Source: Gnetum montanum
Lineage: Eukaryota > Plantae > Gnetophyta
DNA: 64,000 nucleotides
Assembly: GCA_015680685.1 (NCBI GenBank)
Contig: MNCI01001762.1
Location: forward strand, 89,993-153,992
Direction of reading: 5' to 3'
How positions within the stretch are numbered: the stretch's first letter is position 1; the number at the start of each line of letters is the position of its first letter. The translations under genes were made by a program, and so were the position numbers. The notes below the pieces were generated by a model, which was not told the DNA's origin, ran no database searches, and worked only from the letters and a program-made list of their open reading frames with translations. This document shows, piece after piece, positions 51,306-62,765 of the stretch.

Positions 51306-54300
51306 ATGGTTGAGCTTGTTGGGATTCCCTACTATCTTGATCAACCTACAAACCATACTTCTCTTCCTGACTTGGCATTCAAGAAGACATTAATGTGGTT
51401 CTACCCAGAGGCAAGGGATTTTCTTGCCTATCTTCTCTAGTACTTTAGTGTGATGATGTGGTTACACTTGTCTAAGGAGGTGGTTGCAATCATTGTGGAG
51501 ACCTTGTTACTTGCATCTACATGCCTGGTTCCCTGGTTTATAATCTATGGGCCAAAGACTTAGGTAGTAAGAGAATTGGTGGATTTCATCAGTCCATGGT
51601 ACCTTTTAAATATCTGGACCATGCTAGAGTATTCACAATACAACATGAATAATATTCTACTGGTGGCATAAAGAGTTCATTCCTTATTCCAAAATCCTTC
51701 AAGAACTATGTATCGGTTACAAGGGTAAGCACAACTATTAGAGGTTTTAATATTTTGGTTTTATCTCATCTAGTATTCTCTTTTCTAACTTGTTGGTTTC
51801 ACACATATCTTACAAGTGTAGGGTCAATGATCAAAGTTTAATCAAGAATGATCAAACCCTAATGGTAGCCTATACCACATTGAATGAATTCACCAAGGGT
51901 CCCAAGATTAGATATGTTGTTTTTGAATAGCTAAGAGGGGAGTTTGATGAATACCCAACTAGATTTGGACTTGTTTACAAGAAGTGTGTGGTTGCCAAAA
52001 TAACACATAGTTGGTGGGCGGCCCCTAAGGATATCAAAGATATGGGTATTACTGCTGGGACATCCACACAAGCTTCTTTAAGCAAGAAGAAGAAAAGTGA
52101 GAAATCAGGTATGTCGTTATCCTAAAGGTTTTATGGTTACTTAGGCTTTAATTTTTTATGGCCAAAACATAGTTGTATTGATACCAAACACTTGTCTTTT
52201 TCTTATAGGGCCTTCTAGTCTTGTAGATGTTATCATACCTCTCACCAAATGTTCTGTGAAGAATCTCATGCTAAATTTCATTGAGATGGGACCAACATAG
52301 GAATGGTTAAGGGAGAATGCATCTAAAGACATTCAAGCAAACATTGATCATGCAGGATTGCTTAAGATCTTCATGGTGCCCAATCTTGTCATCCCTTCTA
52401 CAGAGATGTTGAATATCATCAACTCTTTTGATAAAAAAATTGATGTGTTCCACACCATAGTACAAGGCCTATATATTGCTATTGCCATTATTAGTTCGTC
52501 TACCTTCCATGAATTATTTGGTGTTCCCTTTGACAGGATAGTAGTTGCCACCAAATTAATGAAAGAGGTAGGCCACCATGTAGAGGTTGAGGAATGACTT
52601 GGTGCTATCAAGGGCCACTTTGGTCTTGCTTGCAGTAGCATTATGAACCCTAATGCAAAAGAATCCTATCCCCTATTCAAATTTAGGGTATTTCCTAAAT
52701 TGTTGTCACAAAAGAAGCTGATTGGCATTGCACAGGGATGGACCTTCAAGAAAGTTATGAAAGAGGATACTCATTTTAACTAGGCAATTTCCTTAGCTAT
52801 GAGCCTCAAAGAGGAAATCCTCAAAATTCGTGTAGACTCTTCCATAATAGTCCACATGCACCATGCGTTTTTTGTAGGCTATTTGAAGAGGTTTTCAAAA
52901 TTTTTGGTGGTTAAGAGATGTGGATCATGGATGTGCTAGGACCCATGACAACTTTCTAGGCCTTGGATAAATCATCTTTATCCAACCATGAGGGCTTAGA
53001 AGCCAACATAGGGTATGGGAGATTCACTATCAGTGACCACCAAGAACCTTGATGTCAATCAGTAGGAATCCCATGACAGCATGGAAAAGGCACCTCTTAC
53101 ATTTCTACCAAACATTAAGAGGGCCCAATGGTTACATGCTAAAGTTGTTGGAGTAGCTAGGGCTAGCCTAAAGAGGCCCATAGAAGAAGCACCACCAGTA
53201 TCAAAGCCACCCTCCAAGCAAAAGATTATCTGCAAGATCCCACACTTGAACTAGGTAGTCACAGGTACACTTCAACTATGTTTTCTTTTCTTTTGACATT
53301 GTTTTTGTTCCATGGCTATTCATGTTTACTTATCTAATGATTTTTGGTTGTAGATCAATGACAAAACCTAGTAGCCTAAGTTGTCACTGCAAAAGAAGAA
53401 TAAAGACAAGTAGTGGATGCACATAGATGGGTCAAGAAGGAAGAGTAGAAGTGTAGGATCATGGTAGAGGAAAAATAGAGGCATGCAAAGGAGGCACTTT
53501 TGCAACAAGATATAGGTGATCTTGACACCGTGTTTGGTGGGTCACTACCTAGGGAGTCTTCGATCAAAATCCTTGATGATGATGAAGATGAAGAGCATAG
53601 GTATGCTTATTCCCTACATGTTATTGCCTACAATATGATGTTTGGTTTTAGAGTTCTTACTTATTCAATAATTATTATGCTTATCGTAGTTCCTAAGCTA
53701 GCAACAAAGGCCCTTGTATCTGACTTTTACATGAAATCATGGATAGAGATCCTAGACAAGATAGAATTTATGCATGGGATGGAAAAGGACATCATTGGTT
53801 AGATGTAATAGGTTGCACCCAAAATTGGTAAGAACTATGTTTTGATATGCCTTAGTCATTTTGCTATGAGATGGATTTTATGCTATAGCTATATTGTATA
53901 TTAGGTTTATGATTATTATCTTTTGTTATTTTTAGTGCCATCAGTCACATGGGATCTAGCCCAAGACATGGAGTTCGACTCCTTATCTAAACTTCCTTTT
54001 GAGACCACACATGTTCCCTTGAAGCTTTACGAAACTACCACTAATTTAGTAGTTTTGTATGCTAAAGCTTCATGGGAGATTCAGAGTGTAACGAATCCCT
54101 ATGGGAATAAGTTATGGTCTTGAAGAAGGAAAATAAAAGGCAAGTTGAGAGGATGTATGATCTCGAGGAATGTAAAGCCTTTGTGAATGCCCAAGTGGAG
54201 AACTCAGGGGCCTTATAGACCAAAGAGCTCACATGGACCTACTACTAGTGCACTATCTATGATAAGATTTCTCTTTCTTGAGAGTTTCATGAGCAACAAA

Positions 54301-54990
54301 TGCAGATGGACTTGATCTCTCAAAGGACACAGGATTGCAAGGATTATTGTGCTTGGGTCCTGGAGTGGGGTAAGACATAAAGGAACCAAAAATGCAAGTA
54401 TAAGGTCAATTGAGATGCTATTTGAAATGGCTGAAGAAGAAGACAACCAAACAAAAAAAGAGAGAGATGTTTATTCAGGGCACTCAGACTGAGTATGCTT
54501 TCAACCTCTTTGAAAGCACTCTAACAATGGTTGAGTCTCCTACTCCACAAACCACCATAGCTGTAGATGAGGTTGCTATGGATACTATCTCATGGGAGCC
54601 ACCATCATGGACGGATGTGGATAGAACCAACATCCTCACAAGCATTAATTTAGGGGACAATGATTGGGCTAGTATGACAGAAGACAAGATCCTCCAACGT
54701 TTGGAGACTAGCCTTCCCCATCTTCCACAAGAGTTCGCAGAGCCCACTTCTCCACAGGTATGATGGGATTTATGTTTTTCATTTAAGTTTTAGTTTTTAT
54801 TATATTTTTATGTTTCTTGTTTTGCATGGTTCATGTTACAATTTTGGTTATGATGATTACTACTTAGTTATGTGTTGCTATCTCATAGGCATTTTATGAT
54901 ATTGGTGGCCCTAGTGGTGTAGGTGATGATGATGATGATGCACCACCTCCTCCTCCTTTGCATCCCCCCTTAGCACCATTAGATGCATGA
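51306..54990 (+). pseudogene. Spliced gene (7 coding exons, about 1020 aa; central PMD-like domain, coiled coil, acidic/Pro-rich tail), antisense to the adjacent Tat/Ogre gag
   Basis: Exons 51306-51724, 51822-52108, 52209-53264, 53354-53600, 53690-53827, 53936-54757, 54889-54990. Six GT-AG introns of 89-131 bp; five junctions keep frame and one (53601-53689) needs a 1-nt indel. An upstream acceptor lies at 51280. Confidence 0.8.
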
Positions 54991-55354
54991 TGTGGTAGTC
55001 TTTAGTATTTATTTAATTTTATGTTTGAGATTGTATGGCTTATGTGAGTTAATACTTGAGTTATAGACATTTTATCATTTATGATTAATAGGTTTAACAT
55101 TTATGCCATACAATGTGGCCATGGCTATATTATTTTATTTTAAGATGTTTTAAATTTTAAGTTTTGGTTTTGGTTTTGGCTATATACATTATTGATTACT
55201 TTATTTTTTAAGGTTCTAAGGTTACAAGTGTTGGAAATATTTATGCAAAATATGACTATGTTTGCTATGTTGAGGACTATAAGATTATGAATAGGCAATA
55301 GTTACTTGTCATTTTTTTAATAATAAGAGAAAAGGCATGACAGGTTGTACATTT

Positions 55355-55528
55355 ATGACTAATTTAAGGCCATGGAGGGCCGTGATGCCAGTTTAGAGTC
55401 TCAGTGGACTACGATGCTAATTTAAGGCCTCGGTGGACCATGATACCGATTTAAGGCCTTGGCAGGCCATGATGCTAATTTAAGGCCTCAATAGGCCATG
55501 GGTTTGCCAGTTTTAGGCCATGCCAGGT
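55355..55528. repeat. 29-bp tandem repeat, about 6 units
   Basis: Consensus near GATGCTAATTTAAGGCCTCGGTGGACCAT; unit starts at 55384, 55413, 55442, 55471. Confidence 0.9.
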
Positions 55529-55728
55529 CCTCGAAGTCTTATATTTTTTTGGTAAAATATTTTGTTAGTTTTTCTAGTTTTATGATTTTATTTATTTTTT
55601 ATTTTTCATTATGCATGAAAGTAACAAAAAAGAGAGGCTATAATGCAAATGAAAGTATAAATCTAGGTTATCTGCATGAAGAGTAGAATAAACTACACAA
55701 ACAAGCATAACAAATTAGTAAAGAAAAG

Positions 55729-58700
55729 CTAAGCTACATGGCTATCAGCTACATGGTCATAAGGACATGGGGTGGAAGGGTTAAGGGGTACTACATTTGT
55801 GCACACTCTTCCTAATCTTTGAAAGATTAGGGAATCAGTTAGATCTACTCTACATAATTTTGTATTCATCATTACCTTCACTAATGATTTTAAATGGGAG
55901 TTCATCCCATGGTGCATCTTGCTACCCATCATTATTGTTATTGGCTTCCTATTTTCTCTTAGGTTGTTGGATCTTGTGATTGGGAATTTCTTCTTGAAAC
56001 TTCACTTTAGGCCCCTGCTCTATGTTGATGTCATTAATTGCTAGGGGCATTGAGTTATCACCATGAATGATGATCTCACCTCCTTCATAAGGAAGGTGAA
56101 TCTCTTGGTGGATAGGAGAAGACATAGCTCGTAACTAAGCCAACCAAGGTCTTCCTAGGATAAGGTCAAACCCAGCTATCTCCTCCACCACCAAAAAATT
56201 TGTAGTCATGGCGAATGGCTTCCTTGCCACAAAATCTAAGGAGATGGGCCCCCTGATAGCAACCCTCAATTCATTAAAAGACTTGAGAGCAGCTATCAAT
56301 GTTTCTTGTATTTGCTCTGTCAACCTGAATCATTCAACAATGGTCCACAGGATGACATTAGTAGCAACACCATCATCTACATGCACTTGATGCATGTTTA
56401 ACTACCCTATGTGTATGATTATGAATAGAGGAGCCCTAGTAATTTCACCATCCTAAGGATTAACCTTAATTTTGCTATCAAAAAATGTTTTAGGTGTTGA
56501 CTTCCCCTCCTTGGATGTGGGAGGACCAATCACTACATTGATGGATTCCTCGTTAGTGGGGATATCCTCACTAATAGGGATAAAATTCAATATTTTGAGT
56601 AATGCCTCACGATGTGTGGCGGAAGTCATGAATAGGCCATACAAGCTTAGAGTAGTATTATTTTGCTTAAGAGATTATCTTACCTAATCTATAGCACTAA
56701 GGAAAATTTTCTTGTTGGCCATGGGCTTATCATCCCATTTGTGCTTCACTTCTTGCATGCATCCCAAAATGTGTACTTTGATCTTAGGTTGTGATTGTTG
56801 GGACTTCTCCTTATTCTTCTGTCCATGAGCTTTGGGATCATCCTATGGTTTGTTGTTTAGAGTGGGTTGGGTAGAGGAGGTCATGGGTATAGTCGATATG
56901 GGACCGGGATTTGGTGGGTCCACATCCTTTTGTGCCTCCATCTACTTGTCACCCTTATTGTGGGGCTTTTGCTTTTATTTTTTCTTTTGCTTATTTGAAG
57001 CTTTTTGGTTGTCAATTGTTGGTTGTGAGGAAGATGTGGTAGGATTGGCTACCATAGGAGATTGTTGGGTGGTCTTATTAGTTGGTGAGGCTATGGCTAG
57101 TTGGGCTATGGTGGGTTGGGGTACCTTCATGATAAATGGTTCCCTGGGAGGCACTTGTGATAGCACCCTTATGAAAAAACAAGATCTTGACCTAGTGGAA
57201 GCTAAAGAAGCCCTTTCACCATAAGGGGATATGCGAATCACAAATGTTTCTCTTGAGGATCTTCAAATATCATCTACATCGAATGTCAATATAATATATG
57301 TAGTATTGCTAGCATTTAGTGAGCCTTTCTATAGCTACATCGATTGATTTTAAGGTTGGATAGGGTTGGATGCATCTAAAACTAGCTCTCTTGTATCTAT
57401 CATCTTTTGCAAATTATCCTTCAGTGCAAGGTAGAAGTTTATGTCATAACTAGGTAGTTGGTGATAGTAGAAAAAGTAGTCTATCTTGAAGTATTTAGGT
57501 AGTGGTGGATCATCTTTTGTTGCTCTAGTAGGGTCCTTGGCTATTTGACAGAGTCTATCATGTTTCTTTCATAAAGCTTCAGACATCTATTTGTATTGGA
57601 TACATTCACTTTTCAATAGTTGATCTAATAGCTTTAATGGTTTTAACGGTAGTGTAGTGTATTTAGACCTATCCTTCCTAAAATTTGGTTTGGTCATTGT
57701 TGATGTGGTGGGCCTAGAGGCTGAAGGTTGGTTATCATAGTTATTATTGGTGGGAACCTTGGGTGGATTGGTTCTTGGCCCCTAGCTAGTGGTCTTAGCC
57801 TCTATAGTTGCTATAGTAATATTGTTATGTTTTCACTTCTCCTTGTCTCTCAGTGTAGGTTTTTGTATGCTACATAGGTTGGGTCATGACTGACCTCTAT
57901 AGCATCTTCTATATTTTTGATTTGGGAGAATGCTTGGCTAAGTGACCGTAGGTCAAGGTAGTAAAGTTTAAACCTAATAAAGTCATTAACTACCCTCTTA
58001 AATATAGCCAAAAGGTGAGTTTTGGCTATGAGCTCTAGTATTTTGTTCATGAGTCCATTCCATCATTGGATGAACTTCTATACGAGCTCAAGGGATCCCT
58101 TCTTAACCTTCATGAGTTGGTCAAGCATGGTATTAGGCTTCAAGCTATATTTGAAGTGATTAACAAACTAAGCTATCAAATCTTCAAGGGAGGATATAAA
58201 TCCTCTAGGTAATGTGTGGTACCAATCAAGTGCTTTCCTAGTCAAGGACACATGAAAAATCCTCATGATGGTATGAGGCCACAGCTGCAATAGCAAGCAC
58301 TTATAAGGTGAGCATTATGGTCACCTTCTCCATAGTGTTTGCTAAATTGAGGGATAGGGACACCAAGAGGAAGTGTCAAAGGTAGGACCACAGGACTGAT
58401 AGGATCATCCTGGTAGAAGTCCATGATCTTTACACTTTGAGATGTAGAGGATTTAGCCTCTTTAACTTCTTTGTCAAGTCCTGGATCATTTAGAAGGCTT
58501 GGACCAGGTCTTGCAGTGGTCCCCTTGGCTGTGAGGCTTACACATATGGCTATGATGTCTATTGCTAGGATTGTGGCCTCACTATGTATTGTATGACAGA
58601 AGGAAGGGGTTGCATTATGGTTGTGGCTTGTGGGCCAAACAAAGAAAAGAATGTTTGTGCTAGTACTTGAGGCATAAATAGGATAAATGGGGTATGTGAC

Positions 58701-59227
58701 CCCTATGTTGCTTGGGGACTCATAGTGAATCCCATGTGAGTAGTTAGTGGATTTATGGTGGTAAAAGCCACCATCGATGGTTTTATACAGTGAGGTTGTG
58801 TTGTAAATGGTATTGATGTGTTATGGTTTGTTGTTTGTGACATTTCCTAAGTTTGATGTGTGGCTATAACAAGTGTGGGGTTCACTGTAGTAAGGTAGGA
58901 AGGAGTGGAAGATGGTGGTACCATGCCCATAGAGAAAACAAAAGCATTGGAAGAAGGTGTTGTGACCTTTGGGGATGTTTGTTGGAACAGTCCTCCCAGG
59001 ATGTCTTCAGGCTTAGATTCTACCTTAAGTTCATCCTCCTCTTCCTGTTGTTCCTCATAGCTATGTTTGTCATCTTCTTCTTCCACGACAATCATTTGGG
59101 CTAGGATGCTAGCATAGATGTTAGTAAGGAAAATTTGATCATATGGGGAAGGGATGTACTCTTTCCCACTCCTATGCATGAGCTCAAATTCCCTCTTGGC
59201 CTTGGCTTCAATTCATGGAATTAACAT
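55729..59227 (-). pseudogene. gag: Decayed Tat/Ogre-type gag-protease
   Basis: Gag SLTRKALDWYHTLPRGFISSLEDL; Tat-type knuckle remnant FYYHQLPSYDINFYLALKDNLQKMID; LFMTSATHREALLKIL; protease VHVDDGVATNVI..FDLILGRPWL..SSPIHQ. Ends at a stop with no RT following. Confidence 0.85.
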
Positions 59228-59659
59228 GCCTATTTGTATTTTAGCATAAATGAAATTATAACAATCTTCATTTATGACTACAAAGTTAGGACTCTCCCTT
59301 CTAACTCTCAAAGATCACCTACACTCAATGATAGCAAGGTCTTTGGGATCATAGACCCTCACGACTTGTTGATATGACCTACTATCATTATAGTTGTAAG
59401 GCAACTTAGTTGATCATGGGAGAGACATGGGTATTTTAATGAAGATGACTCAAGATAGGGTATGAAAAGAGAAAATGAAAGTATATTTTAACAATGGAAA
59501 TCAAAAGCAATCAAAGGAAACAAAAATGGTTGAAACCAGACACTTACTAAAAATGGCAAGCAGGGGGTAAGAGGAAGTACAATTCTTTATCCAAAATGGA
59601 AAGGCACAAAAGTTATAGAAAAATTTACTCACACTAACCTTTTAGTTGTCACACTCCTT

Positions 59660-60060
59660 AATGCCAACATTGGCTTCCTAGCTATCACACCCCTGGATGT
59701 GGTAGAGGGGAAGAGGGGGTGAGATGGGGGGGATCTCACACTTTACAAAGCCAACATTGGTAACAAGGGGTGAAAGCTATTATAGGTGTGAAGAAAAGGA
59801 TGCAAATTTTTACAGTTGGAAATTCTATAATGTTTAAATCTAGCAAAAATAGGCAAAATTGATAAAAAATAGATTGCTTACTATAACTAGTAAGTGGAAG
59901 GTAAGGGGGCTTTACCCCTTTACTAGAAATGGCACACTAAGAATGTTGAGGTCAAGCTTCACCCATGTTGGTCTCCTAACTATCACACTCCTAAGTTTGA
60001 CAAGGGGGAAAGAGGAGGTGAGATGGGAGGATCTCACACCTTCTTTAACCAACATTGATG
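59660..60060. repeat. Two ~95-bp direct repeats (period about 300 bp) in the Tat leader
   Basis: CCTAGCTATCACACCCCT..GGTGAGATGGGGGGATCTCACAC..CCAACATTG and CCTAACTATCACACTCCT..GGTGAGATGGGAGGATCTCACAC..CCAACATTG. Confidence 0.8.
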
Positions 60061-62166
60061 AAAGGGAAAAAAGTGGAACAACCAAAATAGAAACCTACAA
60101 CTTTCTGAAAATGGTTTTAGAAACTACCCAAATTCAACCACAAAAAGTACTTTTGGTTGGTAATGATGGTAATGTTTGTTTTGTTGTGAGAATTATTGCC
60201 AAGGTAAAACATTGGTATGTATGTTTTCAACATTGGTTTTGGTTGTTGAAATTCATAGTAGATGTTGGAAAATTCAACACCCAACCACCTACAACTTTAA
60301 CATTGGGGTTTCTATTACAAGGGGTGAGTGATATCATTGGGTTTTCAAAAGGAGCTTCAAGGTCTTTGTTAGAAAAATTAGAGATTTCCAGTAAGTAGGC
60401 AACGTTGGCTATGGGGGCAATTAGATTTGGCTATAGAAATTAGGCAAAGGCCCTCCTTCTAATGCCAAGAAATTATTGCAATAGAAAATCTTGGTTGTTG
60501 GAGAAACCAAGGATTCTCAGTCACAAGCAACCGTAACCCCAAATCCCCTAGGAGCTCCATAAGAAAAATGGAATTCATGGTGTCCTTGATGGTCTACTAG
60601 ATCACCCAGGGACTTAGAGGGGGTGCAAAATGGAAGTGTAAAAAGATGCAGATTTATAAAATAATGCACTAGAAATATAACAATTATATTTGAAATTATA
60701 CACAAACTAAAATCACAAATTTCACTAAATGAACAAAGAATGATTTTCAAATTTGAGCATGTAGAAATTATAATCAATTTCCTCACTAAAGTCCATTCTT
60801 ACCTTGCCTTGCTAATATGTGGTAGATGACTTTGCTATTTATACTGATGATTGTGTATGAAAATTACTAGAAGGGAAAAAATATCATTATCGCACCATAG
60901 AAACATGAAAATGAGTACTAACTTGGAAGGATAGGCTTACTAGGCATCAAAAGGATGGTACTAAGGTGGTGTGGATTTCCTGCTTATTTGGCCATGATTC
61001 CTGAAGGGATGGGAGAAGTAGAGGAGTCTTGGTGAAATAAGCCACAACTAAGAGCAAAAGACACGGAGTAGTGCAATACAATTTTGCAGGGATAAGATCT
61101 ATCCCCATGGGTGGTGGCTTTATATTATAAAGCCACTACCTTGCTATTACCTTTTATTTTTTTTGGATTTTTCATTTTATTTATCTTCAACGAAGAATCG
61201 ATGTTGTTTGTTATTAATCAAGTTAAACTTCATCATGACTGACCAAAATCAATATGATGATTCTTAAGACTCTCAGCATATCGAAGTTCATCACAGTTGT
61301 ACTATTCAAATGTGAAAGTTTCAAAAAAATGTTTATTTATCGATCTACATCAATACAATCAACATGGATCAATACCACCATATAATAACATATCTAAGTT
61401 CATTGTAGTCATGTTGTTCAAACGTGAAACTCTCCAAAAAAAAATTTCGGTATTGATCTACATCAATTCGATTGACATGGATTGATATCATTGTATAATA
61501 AAATATTGATTTTAATTGATGAGATTGATATATTTATTTATAACCTGAATGTAAATTCTACCTTTATTGATTGGAATTACACAAATCAGTATAATTTGAT
61601 TCCATTTATTACAAGACATTGATAATGTGATGTTGGTTGATATTGTTAAACCTTAAGGAATTTTTTTCCTTAGTGCATCTATGAATATCAATTCCATGAT
61701 GTCCCTTTATAAAATAATCTTATTAATGTCATGTCATTGCATCCTTCGATATTAATCAATATGATTAAAATAAAAGAAAATAATTTTATTAGCTAGTTTA
61801 TTAATACATTTTACTTTGTTATTTTTACTTCTTGTCATTAGATCTTATTATTAAGGTAGGAATTCACATATAACTTGCTTAGGAAGGCTTTTCCTAGGAT
61901 TATTTGGGCTAAAACTTCTCCTTACAAGGTCTACTTTGTTTGTTGGAAGAATTACTTACTATCTCAAGGTTTCTACCTTTCCTAAGTTTTAAAGATCTAA
62001 GATGCATTTTTTTTCAATAAACTCATTCACTAACTTGCTCTTGGATCAAATTTCAAGTTGGTTATACCCTACTATCCTATCCAAGTGTCTTACCCCACAT
62101 CCCCCTAATTAATCTAGGTTGTGTCCCTAGTCTAGGTTAATTAGTTGAATTATTAGTATTAGGGAT

Positions 62167-62765
62167 TAATGAATCAATAAAGAGTCATGTTGATGGGCCC
62201 TTGTTGACGTGGCCTCATCAACAAGCCTACATTAATGCAACCCCATCTATGTAATGTTGCCCCATCGATGGGGCTGCATCAACATAGCATTTGCTGCATT
62301 TATGAGGCCCTGTTGATGCAACTTCATAATAAAGTCTATAAATACATGCTCACCCACATTATTTATGGCATATCTTATCATACTTGTAGTGAAACTCTTG
62401 CAGTTTCCTTTTTCCAAAGTTAGAATATTTTCCAAGTGCCTACAATAGGAGTCATTGAATGTATAGATCTTTATTCAAGCACTATTGTACCTGAGCACGG
62501 TAGTGTGTGCGGCAATAAAGATGAGCTTTCTAATAAACCTTACAATACTTTAGCTAGATTAATATTCTCTTCATGCATTTAATGGTTTTAGTAATTTTAT
62601 TTAATGCTTTTAAGTAAATTAATCTAACTAGGCTAAACTAAGCTAGCTAGGGTAAAGAACAATCAATGAAACACATAAGTATGACCACTTCAAGCATGCG
62701 TATGGTGCTTGGTAATCCCAGTAACACTTAATGTTTGGCAACCTAGTAGCTATACATGTTCAAAA
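62167..62765 (+). repeat. Athila-like LTR, 3' truncated
   Basis: Starts TAATGAATCA and is collinear with 6686-7195 (TGTTGATGGGC, GTCTATAAATA, GTTAGAATATTTT, GCAATAAAG, TTGGCAACCTAGTAGC). Confidence 0.75.

Noticed and set aside
55355-55528. CRISPR-like array
   Set aside because: Units are contiguous 29-bp tandem copies without unique spacers, there are no cas genes, and the context is eukaryotic TE sequence.
59859-60398. 179-aa ORF as an accessory gene
   Set aside because: It has a non-ATG start, runs through a leader direct repeat and has no recognisable motif.
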